Shown: one piece after another, positions 45,638-55,018 of the stretch | How positions within the stretch are numbered: the stretch's first letter is position 1 | Layout: every line of letters begins with the position of its first letter | IMG/VR virus record: IMGVR_UViG_2857083903_000001 | Coordinates: 1 to 64,000 of that record | Source: a virus | Lineage: Duplodnaviria > Caudoviricetes | DNA: 64,000 nt | Reading direction: 5' to 3' (one strand) | Made by a program: the position numbers and the translations under genes | The notes under the pieces: generated by a model | The model's database searches: none | Told to the model about the DNA's origin: nothing | Seen by the model: the letters and a program-made list of their open reading frames with translations, nothing else

Positions 45638-46097
45638 TCATGCAGACTACCCGGCACGCGCAGGCAGGCCGGAAAGGCATCAGGCGGGCCGGGATGGCGC
45701 GGGTGTGCTGGCGGCCGGTGTCGGGGCCCCTGGTGTAGGGCGGGAGGACACCGGCCGCAGTCAGACACGTTGCGAAGCAACCAGTAGGGGGCCGGTCCGA
45801 TTGCCGCGCTGCGATTCCCCATAGGGAAACGGCTACCGAAACCGGTTACCCACCCGGTTTACCCGCAGACCCCCACCCGAGAAGCACCCCGACAGTAATT
45901 CGAACACCGCCACAGCACCCACAACCCCAGACAAGAGCCAGCACACGATCCCCAACAACCTGGCAGGCCAGGACCGCGCACACCGATGATGCACCGGACA
46001 ACTACCCGTTTTCCACGGAAGATTTTGAGGGGTAAACCTATGCTCACTACCTACACTTGACTCTTAGTCAACTCGCCTATCGGGGGGATACCGCAAA

Positions 46098-46913
46098 GTG
46101 AACAAGGACGCACTTAAAAAGTTCCTCAAGGAACGGCGCGACGGTATAGCACCCGAATCCCTCGGCCTTACCCGGCCCGCCGCACGACAGGGACGCCGCT
46201 CCCTCGGCCTCGCCCAGGACCAGGTCGACGAACTCCTGAACCGGGCCCGCAACACCTACCAGAAGCTCGAAGCCGGCCGGTACAAGAACCCGCCCGTCGA
46301 CCTGCTCCGCGACATCGCCTGCCTCTACCAGCTCAACGAGCAGGAGTGGACCGCGCTGTGCCGGTACGCCCGCGGCGAGGACCCGCCCACACCCCTCTAC
46401 GACACCACCGGCTATGCCGTACCCGCGGCCTGGGAGGACGCCGTCACCCGGGTCGTCGCCCCCGCCTACGTCACCGACGCCTCCTGGACCGTCCTCGCCC
46501 ACAACCAGCCGTTTGAGGACCTGTTCATCAGGGAGCCGCCAGCGAACACCATGCGGTGGATGCTCGTCTCTGGGAGGGAGCAACTCATCGACTGGGAAGG
46601 CGCGTGGGCGCCGCTCGTCATGCCCCAGCTCAAAGCGGCTCTCGCCCAACGCCCCCAGGATCAGGTCCTCCGCGGGATCGAAACCGACGTCTGCGCCGAC
46701 CCGGCATCCAGAGCCCTGTACGAGAAGGGTGGGGCGTCGATTCACCCGGACGGGCATGAACGGCCGATCCGGCACGCCGTGGAGGGCGATGGCTGGGTGA
46801 CGATGTGCGCGGCGCAGCCCATGGCCTCCCCCGGCGCCCGGTTCATGATCCTCATTTTTCGGCCGGACACCCAGCCCCCCATGGACCGGCCGCCGCTCCT
46901 GAAAGCCCCCTGA
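46098..46913 (+). CDS. MmyB-family transcriptional regulator (XRE HTH + PAS-like ligand-binding domain)
   Basis: LKKFLKERR..I.PESLGL...RR..GL.Q...Y.KLE.GR and PAYVTD.SW.VLAHN motifs. Confidence 0.85.
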   Translation: MNKDALKKFLKERRDGIAPESLGLTRPAARQGRRSLGLAQDQVDELLNRARNTYQKLEAGRYKNPPVDLLRDIACLYQLNEQEWTALCRYARGEDPPTPLYDTTGYAVPAAWEDAVTRVVAPAYVTDASWTVLAHNQPFEDLFIREPPANTMRWMLVSGREQLIDWEGAWAPLVMPQLKAALAQRPQDQVLRGIETDVCADPASRALYEKGGASIHPDGHERPIRHAVEGDGWVTMCAAQPMASPGARFMILIFRPDTQPPMDRPPLLKAP

Positions 46914-47044
46914 GCAGCCAGTCCACCCATCTATGCCCCGATTCGACGGGCAGTCGGGCACCATGCCAGTACGGCAGAGGGAAACGTTCAAGCCATCTGC
47001 CGTACTTTGACCGGACCAGGTCACGTGTGTCCAAGGGGGGACCC

Positions 47045-48091
47045 ATGCCCGTCCGTATCAGCCAGCCCGTCACCATCCTCGCCGCCCACAAAGTCACGAC
47101 CGCGGAGATAGCCGACGACATCCGCGCCCACCACCCGGACCATCCGCGGCTCGGCGCGATCCTCCGCGTCATCGACAACTGCGGCGTCGACTCCCGCTAC
47201 TTCACGCAGCCGCTCACCGCGGACACCATCACCGGCACCGCCCCCATCGCCGACCGTGTCCGCCGCGCGTTCGCCGACGGCCTGGCCATGGCCGAGCAGG
47301 CCGCCCGCCGCATCCTCGACGAGCAGGGCCTCCAACCCGCAGACGTCACCGGGCTCATCACCACACACGCCACCGGCTGGGCCGTCCCCAACCTGGACGT
47401 CCACCTGGTGCACCGGCTCGGCCTCAGCCCGACCATCCGCCGCACCGCCCTCACCACCACAGCCTGCGCCGGCGGAGCCCACGCCCTCATCCGCGCCACC
47501 GAGCAAGCCCTCCTGCACCCCGGCTCCCACGTCCTCGTCGTCGCCGCCGAAGTCCTCTCCACCTCCTACAACCATGCCGACACCGGCATCGAGCACATGA
47601 TCTACAAAGCCCTGTTCGGGGACTCCGCGGCCGCGACCATCGTGTCCTCCGACCCGCACGGCCCCGGCCTCCAGGTCGACGCTGACGGCTTGTTCGAGTA
47701 CGCCATGCCAGGCTCACTGGACTACTACGCCGGCCGCATCGACAGCACCGGCCTCCACTTCGACTCCACGAAGCAAGCCTCCGGCGGCGCGAAGCAGGCG
47801 ATGCCCGCCGTCATCGACTGGCTCGACGGCCGCACCGTCGACACACCCGTCATCCACCCCGGCTCCCGGCCGATCATCCTCGACACCGCGACCGCGCTCG
47901 GCATGACCGAGCACGATGCACGGCACTCCCTGGACACCCTCACCACCGAAGGCAACCTGGGTGGGGTAGCCGTACTCCGGGTCCTGGAACGCACCCACGA
48001 CGACCCGCCCGCCGCCGGGGCGCAGGCACTGGTGGTGGCGTACGGGCCAGGATTCACCGTGTCCGCCCTCCACGGCGCCTGGACCAACTGA
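47045..48091 (+). CDS. Type III polyketide synthase (germicidin synthase/PhlD-like)
   Basis: Catalytic triad Cys (TACAGG), His (IHPG), Asn (EGNLG); ALFGDSAAA and YGPGFT signatures; AAGGGGG RBS. Confidence 0.93.
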   Translation: MPVRISQPVTILAAHKVTTAEIADDIRAHHPDHPRLGAILRVIDNCGVDSRYFTQPLTADTITGTAPIADRVRRAFADGLAMAEQAARRILDEQGLQPADVTGLITTHATGWAVPNLDVHLVHRLGLSPTIRRTALTTTACAGGAHALIRATEQALLHPGSHVLVVAAEVLSTSYNHADTGIEHMIYKALFGDSAAATIVSSDPHGPGLQVDADGLFEYAMPGSLDYYAGRIDSTGLHFDSTKQASGGAKQAMPAVIDWLDGRTVDTPVIHPGSRPIILDTATALGMTEHDARHSLDTLTTEGNLGGVAVLRVLERTHDDPPAAGAQALVVAYGPGFTVSALHGAWTN

Positions 48092-48179
48092 GGTAGCCAG
48101 CCTGGCGCGCTGCCTGGCGGCATGCGCGCCGGCATCCAGCGGAGGGAACAACCGGCCGGATCAGCGGCACCGTAGAGGC

Positions 48180-48602
48180 ATGACCACGCCCCCGCCCCAG
48201 GCCATCATCCACCGCATAGAACTTCCCATCGACGACCGCCCCCACGGCATCGACCTCACCGGCGAGATCCTCCACACCGCCATCCGCCGCCCCAACGTCG
48301 TGGACGTCTGGTACCAGGCCCGCCCAGCCGGCATGGACCCGATGCGGCGCAGCTTCCAAGTCGTCGGCACCGGCCAGCCCATCCCCACCCACCTCGGCTT
48401 CTACATCCATGCCGGCTACAAGGGCACCGCGATCACTCCCGACGGGCAACTGGTGTGGCACGTCCTCGAGAACTGGTGCCCGCACCCGAACATCGTCGAG
48501 ACCACCGAACTGCGGGACAAGCCCGGCTATGGCACTGGCATCTGCGAGTGCTGCCCTGTCGTCCTCCGTGGTGATGGCAACGGCGGCTGGCTGCCGATCT
48601 GA
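48180..48602 (+). CDS. Hypothetical phage protein, probably leaderless
   Basis: FQVVGTGQP...GT...LVWHV motif; ATG 6 nt after the -10 of a GGGAAC promoter. Confidence 0.7.
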   Translation: MTTPPPQAIIHRIELPIDDRPHGIDLTGEILHTAIRRPNVVDVWYQARPAGMDPMRRSFQVVGTGQPIPTHLGFYIHAGYKGTAITPDGQLVWHVLENWCPHPNIVETTELRDKPGYGTGICECCPVVLRGDGNGGWLPI

Positions 48603-48644
48603 GCAGAGGGAACACGGCGGCGTTTCGTGCCCACACTGAAGGGC

Positions 48645-49409
48645 ATGCCTCAGCCCAAACCCGCACGAATACGCCGCACCCTCACCGCCCTCACGGCAGC
48701 CGACCTCACCGCGGCCGCGCTGCTCCTCGCCTCCGCCACCGACACCCGCGCCGCCACCACCACACCCGTCTACAAGGGCACCGGCTGGAAAGCGGAGACC
48801 GGCAGCGGCATCTTCAGCCTCTCGCCCGACCCATACACGATCGTCTTCGCCGACACCACAGCCCGGACCAAGCTCACCAGCTACCTGACAGCGCCGGCCG
48901 CGCAGGTCACCGGCAGCGTCGGTGTCCCCGTCACCGTGTCGACCAGCCTCGACACCACACCCACCAGCGCCTGTCCGGCCCGGCACCGCATCGTCGTCCA
49001 CTACCTGTACCGGCCCATGAACGTGAGCGGCATGAGCCAGGCCCTGCCCTGCCACAACACCGGTGACGGCTCCGCGTGGGGCGGCCACATCCTGATGGAC
49101 TCGGAGTACTGGACGTCCAGCACGTGGTTCTCCACGAACGTCACCACGAACGAAGCCCGCCGCAAGGACGCCGTCACCCACGAACTCGGGCACATCCTCG
49201 GCTTGGACCACCCCAACACCGACCTGGACAAGGACGGAGTGGTGGAGAACGGCGAGTGCGTGAAGTCCACGGCCGGCCGCAAGCCGATCCTGTGCTCACC
49301 GAACCGTGGAGTCCCGGCCGCCACGGACGGCGGCAGGTTCACCACGGAGTACGACCTACCCGGCCTGCGGCAGATGCTCGCCAACTACTACCTACGGCAG
49401 ACCACGTAA
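48645..49409 (+). CDS. Secreted zinc metalloprotease (metzincin/matrixin-like)
   Basis: HELGHILGLDH = HExxHxxGxxH; N-terminal signal-like sequence. Confidence 0.85.
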   Translation: MPQPKPARIRRTLTALTAADLTAAALLLASATDTRAATTTPVYKGTGWKAETGSGIFSLSPDPYTIVFADTTARTKLTSYLTAPAAQVTGSVGVPVTVSTSLDTTPTSACPARHRIVVHYLYRPMNVSGMSQALPCHNTGDGSAWGGHILMDSEYWTSSTWFSTNVTTNEARRKDAVTHELGHILGLDHPNTDLDKDGVVENGECVKSTAGRKPILCSPNRGVPAATDGGRFTTEYDLPGLRQMLANYYLRQTT

Positions 49410-49626
49410 CCCAAGGAGCGTTGTCAGACCGGCATGCCACACTGGATACGCGCGCTGATCCCGGCCTCCTTGCCGGAGGTAGGCGTGAGATCAACCCGGT
49501 GGGGGTGGCCCCGGCCACCCACCGATCGGCACCGGGCCTTCGCTGGCCTAGCTAGCCAGTGTTCGCCTTCCGCCCTGCCACGCACGTCCCCCGTCGTGGC
49601 AGGGCGGACGTACGTTCCGGCCCGGT

Positions 49627-49971
49627 CTACTGCTCCAGCATCCCCAGCTCGGTGTCCGGACGGCACACCGTGCACGCCGACACCCCCGCCGCCAACGCCT
49701 GCCGGGCCACGTCGGCGTCGATGCCCTTCGACCGCTGCCCGGCCATCCGGCAGTCCCCCACATGCACCCCGACCGGCGGCCGGTCACGATTCAGCCCGTA
49801 GTCCAGCAGCCACGCCGGCCGCTCTGCCTCCCGTACGGCTGCGGCGCGGGCCTGCTCGGCTTCTCGCTGGCGGGCCTGGGTGAGCTTGGCGTCGATCCGG
49901 GTGACCCACATGGCGTGCCAGGTCCGCAGGGTTTCGAGGCGGGGCACATCCTCCGGCAGGTCGTCGAACAC
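49627..49971 (-). CDS. DUF6233-like protein
   Basis: VHVGDC...ARQALA.GV.AC.VCRPDTELG motif. Confidence 0.8.
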   Translation of the reverse strand: MFDDLPEDVPRLETLRTWHAMWVTRIDAKLTQARQREAEQARAAAVREAERPAWLLDYGLNRDRPPVGVHVGDCRMAGQRSKGIDADVARQALAAGVSACTVCRPDTELGMLEQ

Positions 49972-49984
49972 ATGACCGATTGTA
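49964..49984 (-). promoter_or_regulatory. Putative LexA (SOS) box overlapping a leaderless start, with -10 TACAAT
   Basis: TCGAAC-ACAT-GACCGA versus actinobacterial consensus TCGAAC-N4-GTTCGA. Confidence 0.55.
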
Positions 49985-49992
49985 TGGGTGTG

Positions 49993-50038
49993 AAAAAAGA
50001 GCCCGCCACCTGGGACGAACGCCAGGACGGCAGGCTCT
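49993..50038 (-). terminator. Intrinsic terminator with U-tract
   Basis: AGAGCC(C/T)GCC stem followed by TTTTTT on the minus strand. Confidence 0.65.
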
Positions 50039-50049
50039 CGAGAGCACGC

Positions 50050-50682
50050 TCAGTACGACGGGAGGACTACGGTTGCGCGCCGGGCCAGGGCGGCAGCTTC
50101 CCGCCGGGCGGGCGGGCCGTCGTTCACCCGCAGCACCTCCACCAGCCGGTCGGTAGGCACGACGGGCACCTCCCGCACCGTGAACCCGGACCCGGCCACC
50201 GGAGCGTTGTGCACGGCGATGACCGGCTGCACCGGCACCCCAAGAGCACGGGCGATCAGATCCGTCTCGTACAGGACGCTCCGCAGGTCCCTGCTGCGGT
50301 TCGCCGGCTTGTGACCGGCCTCCCCATGCCACAGCGTGCCGCCCGCAGCGTGGACGAGGTACCGGCTGGACCACAGCTTCGAGTCGACCAGGAACACACG
50401 GGCACCGGGGCTGACGAGGACGTGGTCGGCGTTGGCGCTGCGGGCGCCGGGTATCGCCCGGTCGTGCAGCACTTTCCACCCCACGGCCTCCAGCGGCTGG
50501 AGCAGGGCGGCGGTGCGCCGCTCCCCCTCGGCCCCGGCGTTACAGGCGGCAGCGTGGGCGTCCGCGCGCCGTGCGGCGGGGCTGAGCCCCAGGGCGGCGA
50601 GGAAACGCCTCCACACGCCTCTGCGGGCGGCCTGGCGCTGCTCCTCACCCCACCGGGACACTGACCCACCAGCCGCACTCAC
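50050..50682 (-). CDS. NERD-domain nuclease
   Basis: GAEGERRTA..L, LHDR.IP...ANADHVLV...VDSK. Confidence 0.85.
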   Translation of the reverse strand: MSAAGGSVSRWGEEQRQAARRGVWRRFLAALGLSPAARRADAHAAACNAGAEGERRTAALLQPLEAVGWKVLHDRAIPGARSANADHVLVSPGARVFLVDSKLWSSRYLVHAAGGTLWHGEAGHKPANRSRDLRSVLYETDLIARALGVPVQPVIAVHNAPVAGSGFTVREVPVVPTDRLVEVLRVNDGPPARREAAALARRATVVLPSY

Positions 50683-50981
50683 GCGGCACTCGGAGCGGTA
50701 CGGCGGACGCCCTGGAAGCGGCGTGCCCAGGTCCGGAGCCGCCGCTTCGTGTCATCGCCTCCCCCGCCCTTCCACCACAGCCAGCCGCTCACCGCAGCGA
50801 AGCCAGCCGACATGGATGCGGACACTGGACTCCCGTCCACGACACCGCCTAGCGCGATGACACTGTTAGCCAGGCACATCAGGCCGTTGATCTTGTGCAA
50901 GGGAAGGCGTCGGGTAAACAGCGAGGCCAGGCCGCATACGACGACAGCTATACCGATTCCCCAGAGGACGAACGACAGCAT
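50679..50981 (-). CDS. Small membrane protein
   Basis: Three hydrophobic helices, WW.GGGGDDTKRRL motif. Confidence 0.7.
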   Translation of the reverse strand: MLSFVLWGIGIAVVVCGLASLFTRRLPLHKINGLMCLANSVIALGGVVDGSPVSASMSAGFAAVSGWLWWKGGGGDDTKRRLRTWARRFQGVRRTAPSAA

Positions 50982-51213
50982 CAGAGTGCCTTCCTTGTCT
51001 TAACGGTTCGGGCGTGGGCGCGGCGGCGCCGGTGGTAGCGGACAGCCCGCCATCCCGCCTCCACAGCCATGGCGAGAGCGACGGCGACGATCGTGCAGAC
51101 GATGACCGCACCCGGCGACAACACACGGGCGCCGATCAGAGTCAGCCATCCCCAGGCAGTACCCACGGCTATGACGCCGACGAGGACGCTCTGGGCGAGG
51201 AGCGGGGGTATTC
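50981..51213 (-). CDS. Small membrane protein (start approximate)
   Basis: Two TM helices with a basic tail, AGGAGG RBS. Confidence 0.55.
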
Positions 51214-51242
51214 GCACGGGCCCTCCTGGGCGTTGTTCGGTG

Positions 51243-51899
51243 TCAGGACGCCCGGCTTTGCGGGGCTGGGCTGTCGGGAACGCTGGAGAGCGCGGCAAGG
51301 ACCTGCTGGCCCGCGGCCCGCTTCGCAGGAATGTGCAGCCACCGTTTCGCCAGCTCCGTCACCCGACGCACCCCACCCGCATCCACCGGCACGGTCCCGG
51401 CCTGCAAGGCGCGCTGCTTCCACCGCTGCCTAGACGTGCGGAGGTTGGTGCACTGTCGGCGTTCCTCGTCCAGCAGCGCTTCCGTCTCCAAGTGAGCGGC
51501 GATCAGCCCGCGGAGTCCTTCCCGCAGCCGGTCGCCCTCGCTGTAGTCGAGGCCGCCTTTGCGTTCGGCCCGGCCGATCAGGTTGAACATCTGCTCCAGC
51601 GTGGGCTGCCCGCCGGCCGGGCTGCTGGGTTCGCGGTAGGTGGTGACGGTGACGATCCCGGCCTGGCTGGCGACACCGACGGCTTGGGCGCGGTCGTTGA
51701 CGTGGAGCCGTTTGAAGACTTCGGCCATCTGGGTTTTGACGGTGTTTTCACTGGTGTTGAGGTGGTGGGCGATGAGCCGGTTGGAGTGGCCGTTGGCGGC
51801 GAGTTGGAGGACTTGGAGTTGTCGGGGTGTGAGTGTGTCGGGGTGTGGGCGGGGCCCGTCACTGGACTGCGACGGGCCCACCTGAACGGGTGCGGTCAC
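51243..51899 (-). CDS. LuxR-type HTH protein
   Basis: LTPRQLQVLQLAANGHSNRLIA..L..SENTVK. Confidence 0.85.
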   Translation of the reverse strand: MTAPVQVGPSQSSDGPRPHPDTLTPRQLQVLQLAANGHSNRLIAHHLNTSENTVKTQMAEVFKRLHVNDRAQAVGVASQAGIVTVTTYREPSSPAGGQPTLEQMFNLIGRAERKGGLDYSEGDRLREGLRGLIAAHLETEALLDEERRQCTNLRTSRQRWKQRALQAGTVPVDAGGVRRVTELAKRWLHIPAKRAAGQQVLAALSSVPDSPAPQSRAS

Positions 51900-52297
51900 T
51901 CGCTACTCCCCTCGTTGGCGAGGGCGAGCAGGACTGCGGCGTGGCAGGGCAGTGACTCGGCGCACCAGCACATGAGGTCCCGACCCGCGAGCTGCTTAGG
52001 GACCGCCACCCACAGTTGCGGGCGGTGGTTGACGTAGATCTCGAACAACTCGACCGCCAGGGTGTGGGCGTCACGCTGGTCGTTGGCGAGAATGAAGTCC
52101 CGCAGTCCCTTAGGTCGCTGCTGCTGCGTGTGGCCTGCCCAGTTCACGGCCCACCCGGTGCCGGTGTCCGTCTTGATGACGACCCAGGGGTTACCCCACT
52201 GACTGCCACGTCCGACGTAGACCGGCTTGCGGCCCTGAGCGTCGAGGGGCGCCGTCCACCCGGCCGTACGGCGGCGCTGGATACGGGTCGGGCTCAT
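51896..52297 (-). CDS. DUF4326-like protein
   Basis: YVGRGSQWGNP, LAGRDLMCWC, CHAAVL. Confidence 0.85.
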   Translation of the reverse strand: MSPTRIQRRRTAGWTAPLDAQGRKPVYVGRGSQWGNPWVVIKTDTGTGWAVNWAGHTQQQRPKGLRDFILANDQRDAHTLAVELFEIYVNHRPQLWVAVPKQLAGRDLMCWCAESLPCHAAVLLALANEGSSE

Positions 52298-52752
52298 GCG
52301 GTGGTCTCCTTGCGGCTGCGGCGGGTGAACGGGAGCCGGGCACCAGGACGACCCAGCGGGCGCCGCACAGACACCGGCCGTAGCACGGCCTGTACGGGCC
52401 CGTGAGCCGTCGGGGCCGGGTCGGGGTGCCACACCTCCACCCACACCCCGTCCAGCCGCCACACCGCCGCCGTACGCCCCGGCACCGTGAAGTCCAGGAC
52501 GGGCAGCAGATCCTCCCCGCACGGGTTCGCACGGATCGTCAGGAACGAAGCCTGCCGGGCCGCGAACGCGGTCAACGCGGCTGCCGGGTCGGGGCCGGAG
52601 AGTTGGGCGGACACGTGGAGCAGTCCGTCCTGGGCGCGGGTGATGGTCCAGCCGGTGAGGGTTTCGGGTCGCTGGCTCTGGCTGTCCCGCCAGGCTTTGA
52701 TGGTGGCGTGCTTGGCGGCGAGGGCGTCGGGATGCAGGGTGAGGGCGGTCAC
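52294..52752 (-). CDS. Hypothetical protein
   Basis: Coupled ORF. Confidence 0.65.
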   Translation of the reverse strand: MTALTLHPDALAAKHATIKAWRDSQSQRPETLTGWTITRAQDGLLHVSAQLSGPDPAAALTAFAARQASFLTIRANPCGEDLLPVLDFTVPGRTAAVWRLDGVWVEVWHPDPAPTAHGPVQAVLRPVSVRRPLGRPGARLPFTRRSRKETTA

Positions 52753-53204
52753 AGGGCGCCACCCTCGGAAGCGACGGACGTCGGAACGAGGGCACGGCGG
52801 CGCATGTCGGCGGCGACGTCGCAGTGGCAGTTCATCCAGACGGTGTCGCGGCTCCCGTGCTCGGGGCAGTGCGCGACAAGTTCGTCAGCCTCGGTGGTGA
52901 GGGAGTTCGTTCGAGTAGCGGCCAGCTCGGCACGGAGGCGACGGGCTTCGGTGACAAGGATCTTCGCCACCTCGGGGCGCATCGCGGCGATGTACTCGGC
53001 GTCAGCCATTCGCCAGGGCGCATCCGCGACGGTCTGGCGGGTGGTGCAGCCGTCTTCGTCGATGTACTCGGTTTTCACCCAGTAGACGGGGCGAGGATCG
53101 TGCTCGTTGGGCGGGAGTTCGACGGCTGTCCAGGTGCCGGGGGTGGCGGCGTCCGCGCGGGCTTCGATGCCGTCGAGCTGCTGGTCGGTGAGCGGGCTGG
53201 TCAC
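52749..53204 (-). CDS. Ead/Ea22-like protein
   Basis: IEARADAATPGTW...DAEYIAAMRPE motif. Confidence 0.7.
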   Translation of the reverse strand: MTSPLTDQQLDGIEARADAATPGTWTAVELPPNEHDPRPVYWVKTEYIDEDGCTTRQTVADAPWRMADAEYIAAMRPEVAKILVTEARRLRAELAATRTNSLTTEADELVAHCPEHGSRDTVWMNCHCDVAADMRRRALVPTSVASEGGAL

Positions 53205-53453
53205 AGGTCTCCTCGGGGTGTGGGTGGGGCCGTGCAGCGGTGGGGGTGTGCTGCACGGCCCCGAGGAAGCCCCCGTGGGGGAAGGGGCGGCGGGTCTACT
53301 GGCCGTAGTGGTCGGACGGGTCGTCTGCGGGGAGGGTGTGGTGGATGCAGTCGGGGCCGTGGATGCCTGCCGCCCGCTCTTCGGGGGTGGCGTCGCAGTC
53401 GCAGGTGAGCATGGGTGTCCCCGGTGGGTTGGTGGGGGTGTGCCTGAGGTTCC

Positions 53454-53487
53454 ACCATACCGGTTTAGGCATGGGGTCACAATGCTT
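53454..53487 (-). promoter_or_regulatory. Sigma70-type promoter TTGTGA-N17-TATGGT with GCAT-N9-ATGC operator
   Basis: Third copy of the motif. Confidence 0.75.
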
Positions 53488-53558
53488 GAGACGGATTGGG
53501 TGCAGACACACAAGAGGGGCCCGACCACACGGCCAGACCCCTCACACAACACCGCAGG

Positions 53559-54095
53559 CTAGAAAGGCGGACTATCCCAACTACCGTCCTGCTGACCCCC
53601 AGCCGGCGCCGACGACGCCCACGGGTCCTCCGACTGCCCACCACCCTGCTGCCGGCCACCAGACGACCAGCCGCCACCACCCTGACCCTGGCCCTGGCCG
53701 CCGCCCTGACCACCACGGGAGCCACCCGACGCCTTCGTCACCTTCGCCGTCGCGCTGCGAAGGCTGGGACCGACTTCCTCGCAATCCACCTCGTAGACCG
53801 TGCGTCGGACTCCCTGATTGTCGTCGTACGACCGCTGCTTCAGACGGCCCTGCACGATCACCCGCATGCCCTTCTGCAAGGTCTCCGCACAATTTTCTGC
53901 CGCCTGACGCCACACCGAGCAGGTCAGGAACAGGCTGCCGTCCTTGTCGTCTTCCCAGGTGTTCGTGTCCCGGTTGAACTTCCGCGGCGTCGACGCCACC
54001 CGGAACTTCGCAACCGCCGCACCCCCCGGCGTAAAACGCAGCTCAACTTCGTCGACGAGGTTCCCGATCAGTGTGATCTCGGTGCCGTTACTCAT
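53559..54095 (-). CDS. ssb: Single-stranded DNA-binding protein
   Basis: IGNL...[19 protein letters not shown], Gly-rich tail ending PPF. Confidence 0.95.
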   Translation of the reverse strand: MSNGTEITLIGNLVDEVELRFTPGGAAVAKFRVASTPRKFNRDTNTWEDDKDGSLFLTCSVWRQAAENCAETLQKGMRVIVQGRLKQRSYDDNQGVRRTVYEVDCEEVGPSLRSATAKVTKASGGSRGGQGGGQGQGQGGGGWSSGGRQQGGGQSEDPWASSAPAGGQQDGSWDSPPF

Positions 54096-55018
54096 GCTGC
54101 TTCCTCCATCTCGTTCTGCTTCAGGGTTCGTTCACGCGGCTGGTACACACGCCGCCACATCCGCCGGCCTTCCAGAGCGGCCGCTTTCTTCGCCCGCTCC
54201 CACCGCTTCTCCGCGGCCACTGGGGACAGGTCGAGCTTCTCTGCGATCTCGGCTGCTGTGTCGTTGGTCCACTCGAACAGGTGGAGCAGCACCTCACGCT
54301 TGGCGTCCTCGGTGAGGACCACGGACTCACCCATCAGCCAGCGGGCGGCCAGGTTGTCGCCATCCGTAGCTACCGGCTCGGGGCCCTCGGTGACTGGTAC
54401 CGCCGTAGGGTCGTCGATGGTGTCGTCATCCCAGGCCAGCGGAGGAGCCCATCCGTGGCGCTCGGCCACAGTCCGGGTCTTCCACGACGTCCCAGTTCGC
54501 ATCGACATGCGGTCGTACGCTGCACGGACTTGCTCATCCATACCGACCTTGATGGTGGGCCACCGGCCAGCAGCCAGCGCGCTTACGGCATCCCGTGAGA
54601 TTCCGGCGGCGGATGCTATCTCGTGGTTGAAGTGCCCCAGCGCGTACAGGGCACGAACCCGGCGGACAGCACCGACCGCCGGAACGTCGCCCAGAGAGAC
54701 TCGGACATCGAGCGGAACGGCCAGGACCTTCGTAGCGGTACGCGACCATGTTGTTTTCTGCTTGCCGTCCATCAGGCGGCGCACGGTCGACGGTTCGATT
54801 CCTGCTTCGCGGGCGATCTGCAAGGAGGTGAGTCCGCGGGCGGTCAGCGCTTTGACGTGAGTCACTACGGGGTCAGCCGGGACACTTCGCGGCTTGCCGG
54901 CGAGACGGTCCAGTTTGCGTTCGGCGTCCGCGCGGGTGGCAGCGACGGTGCACGGCCGGCACCGGCATCCGTAGGCGTACCGGTTCGCCGTGGCGTGCGG
55001 GGCGATCTGTCGACTCAT
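54092..55018 (-). CDS. Multi-HTH DNA-binding protein with N-terminal Cys motif
   Basis: [26 protein letters not shown]. Confidence 0.75.
   Translation of the reverse strand: MSRQIAPHATANRYAYGCRCRPCTVAATRADAERKLDRLAGKPRSVPADPVVTHVKALTARGLTSLQIAREAGIEPSTVRRLMDGKQKTTWSRTATKVLAVPLDVRVSLGDVPAVGAVRRVRALYALGHFNHEIASAAGISRDAVSALAAGRWPTIKVGMDEQVRAAYDRMSMRTGTSWKTRTVAERHGWAPPLAWDDDTIDDPTAVPVTEGPEPVATDGDNLAARWLMGESVVLTEDAKREVLLHLFEWTNDTAAEIAEKLDLSPVAAEKRWERAKKAAALEGRRMWRRVYQPRERTLKQNEMEEAA

Noticed and set aside
45824-45853. Possible ninth GGGAA promoter
   Set aside because: No acceptable -10 hexamer at 18-nt spacing
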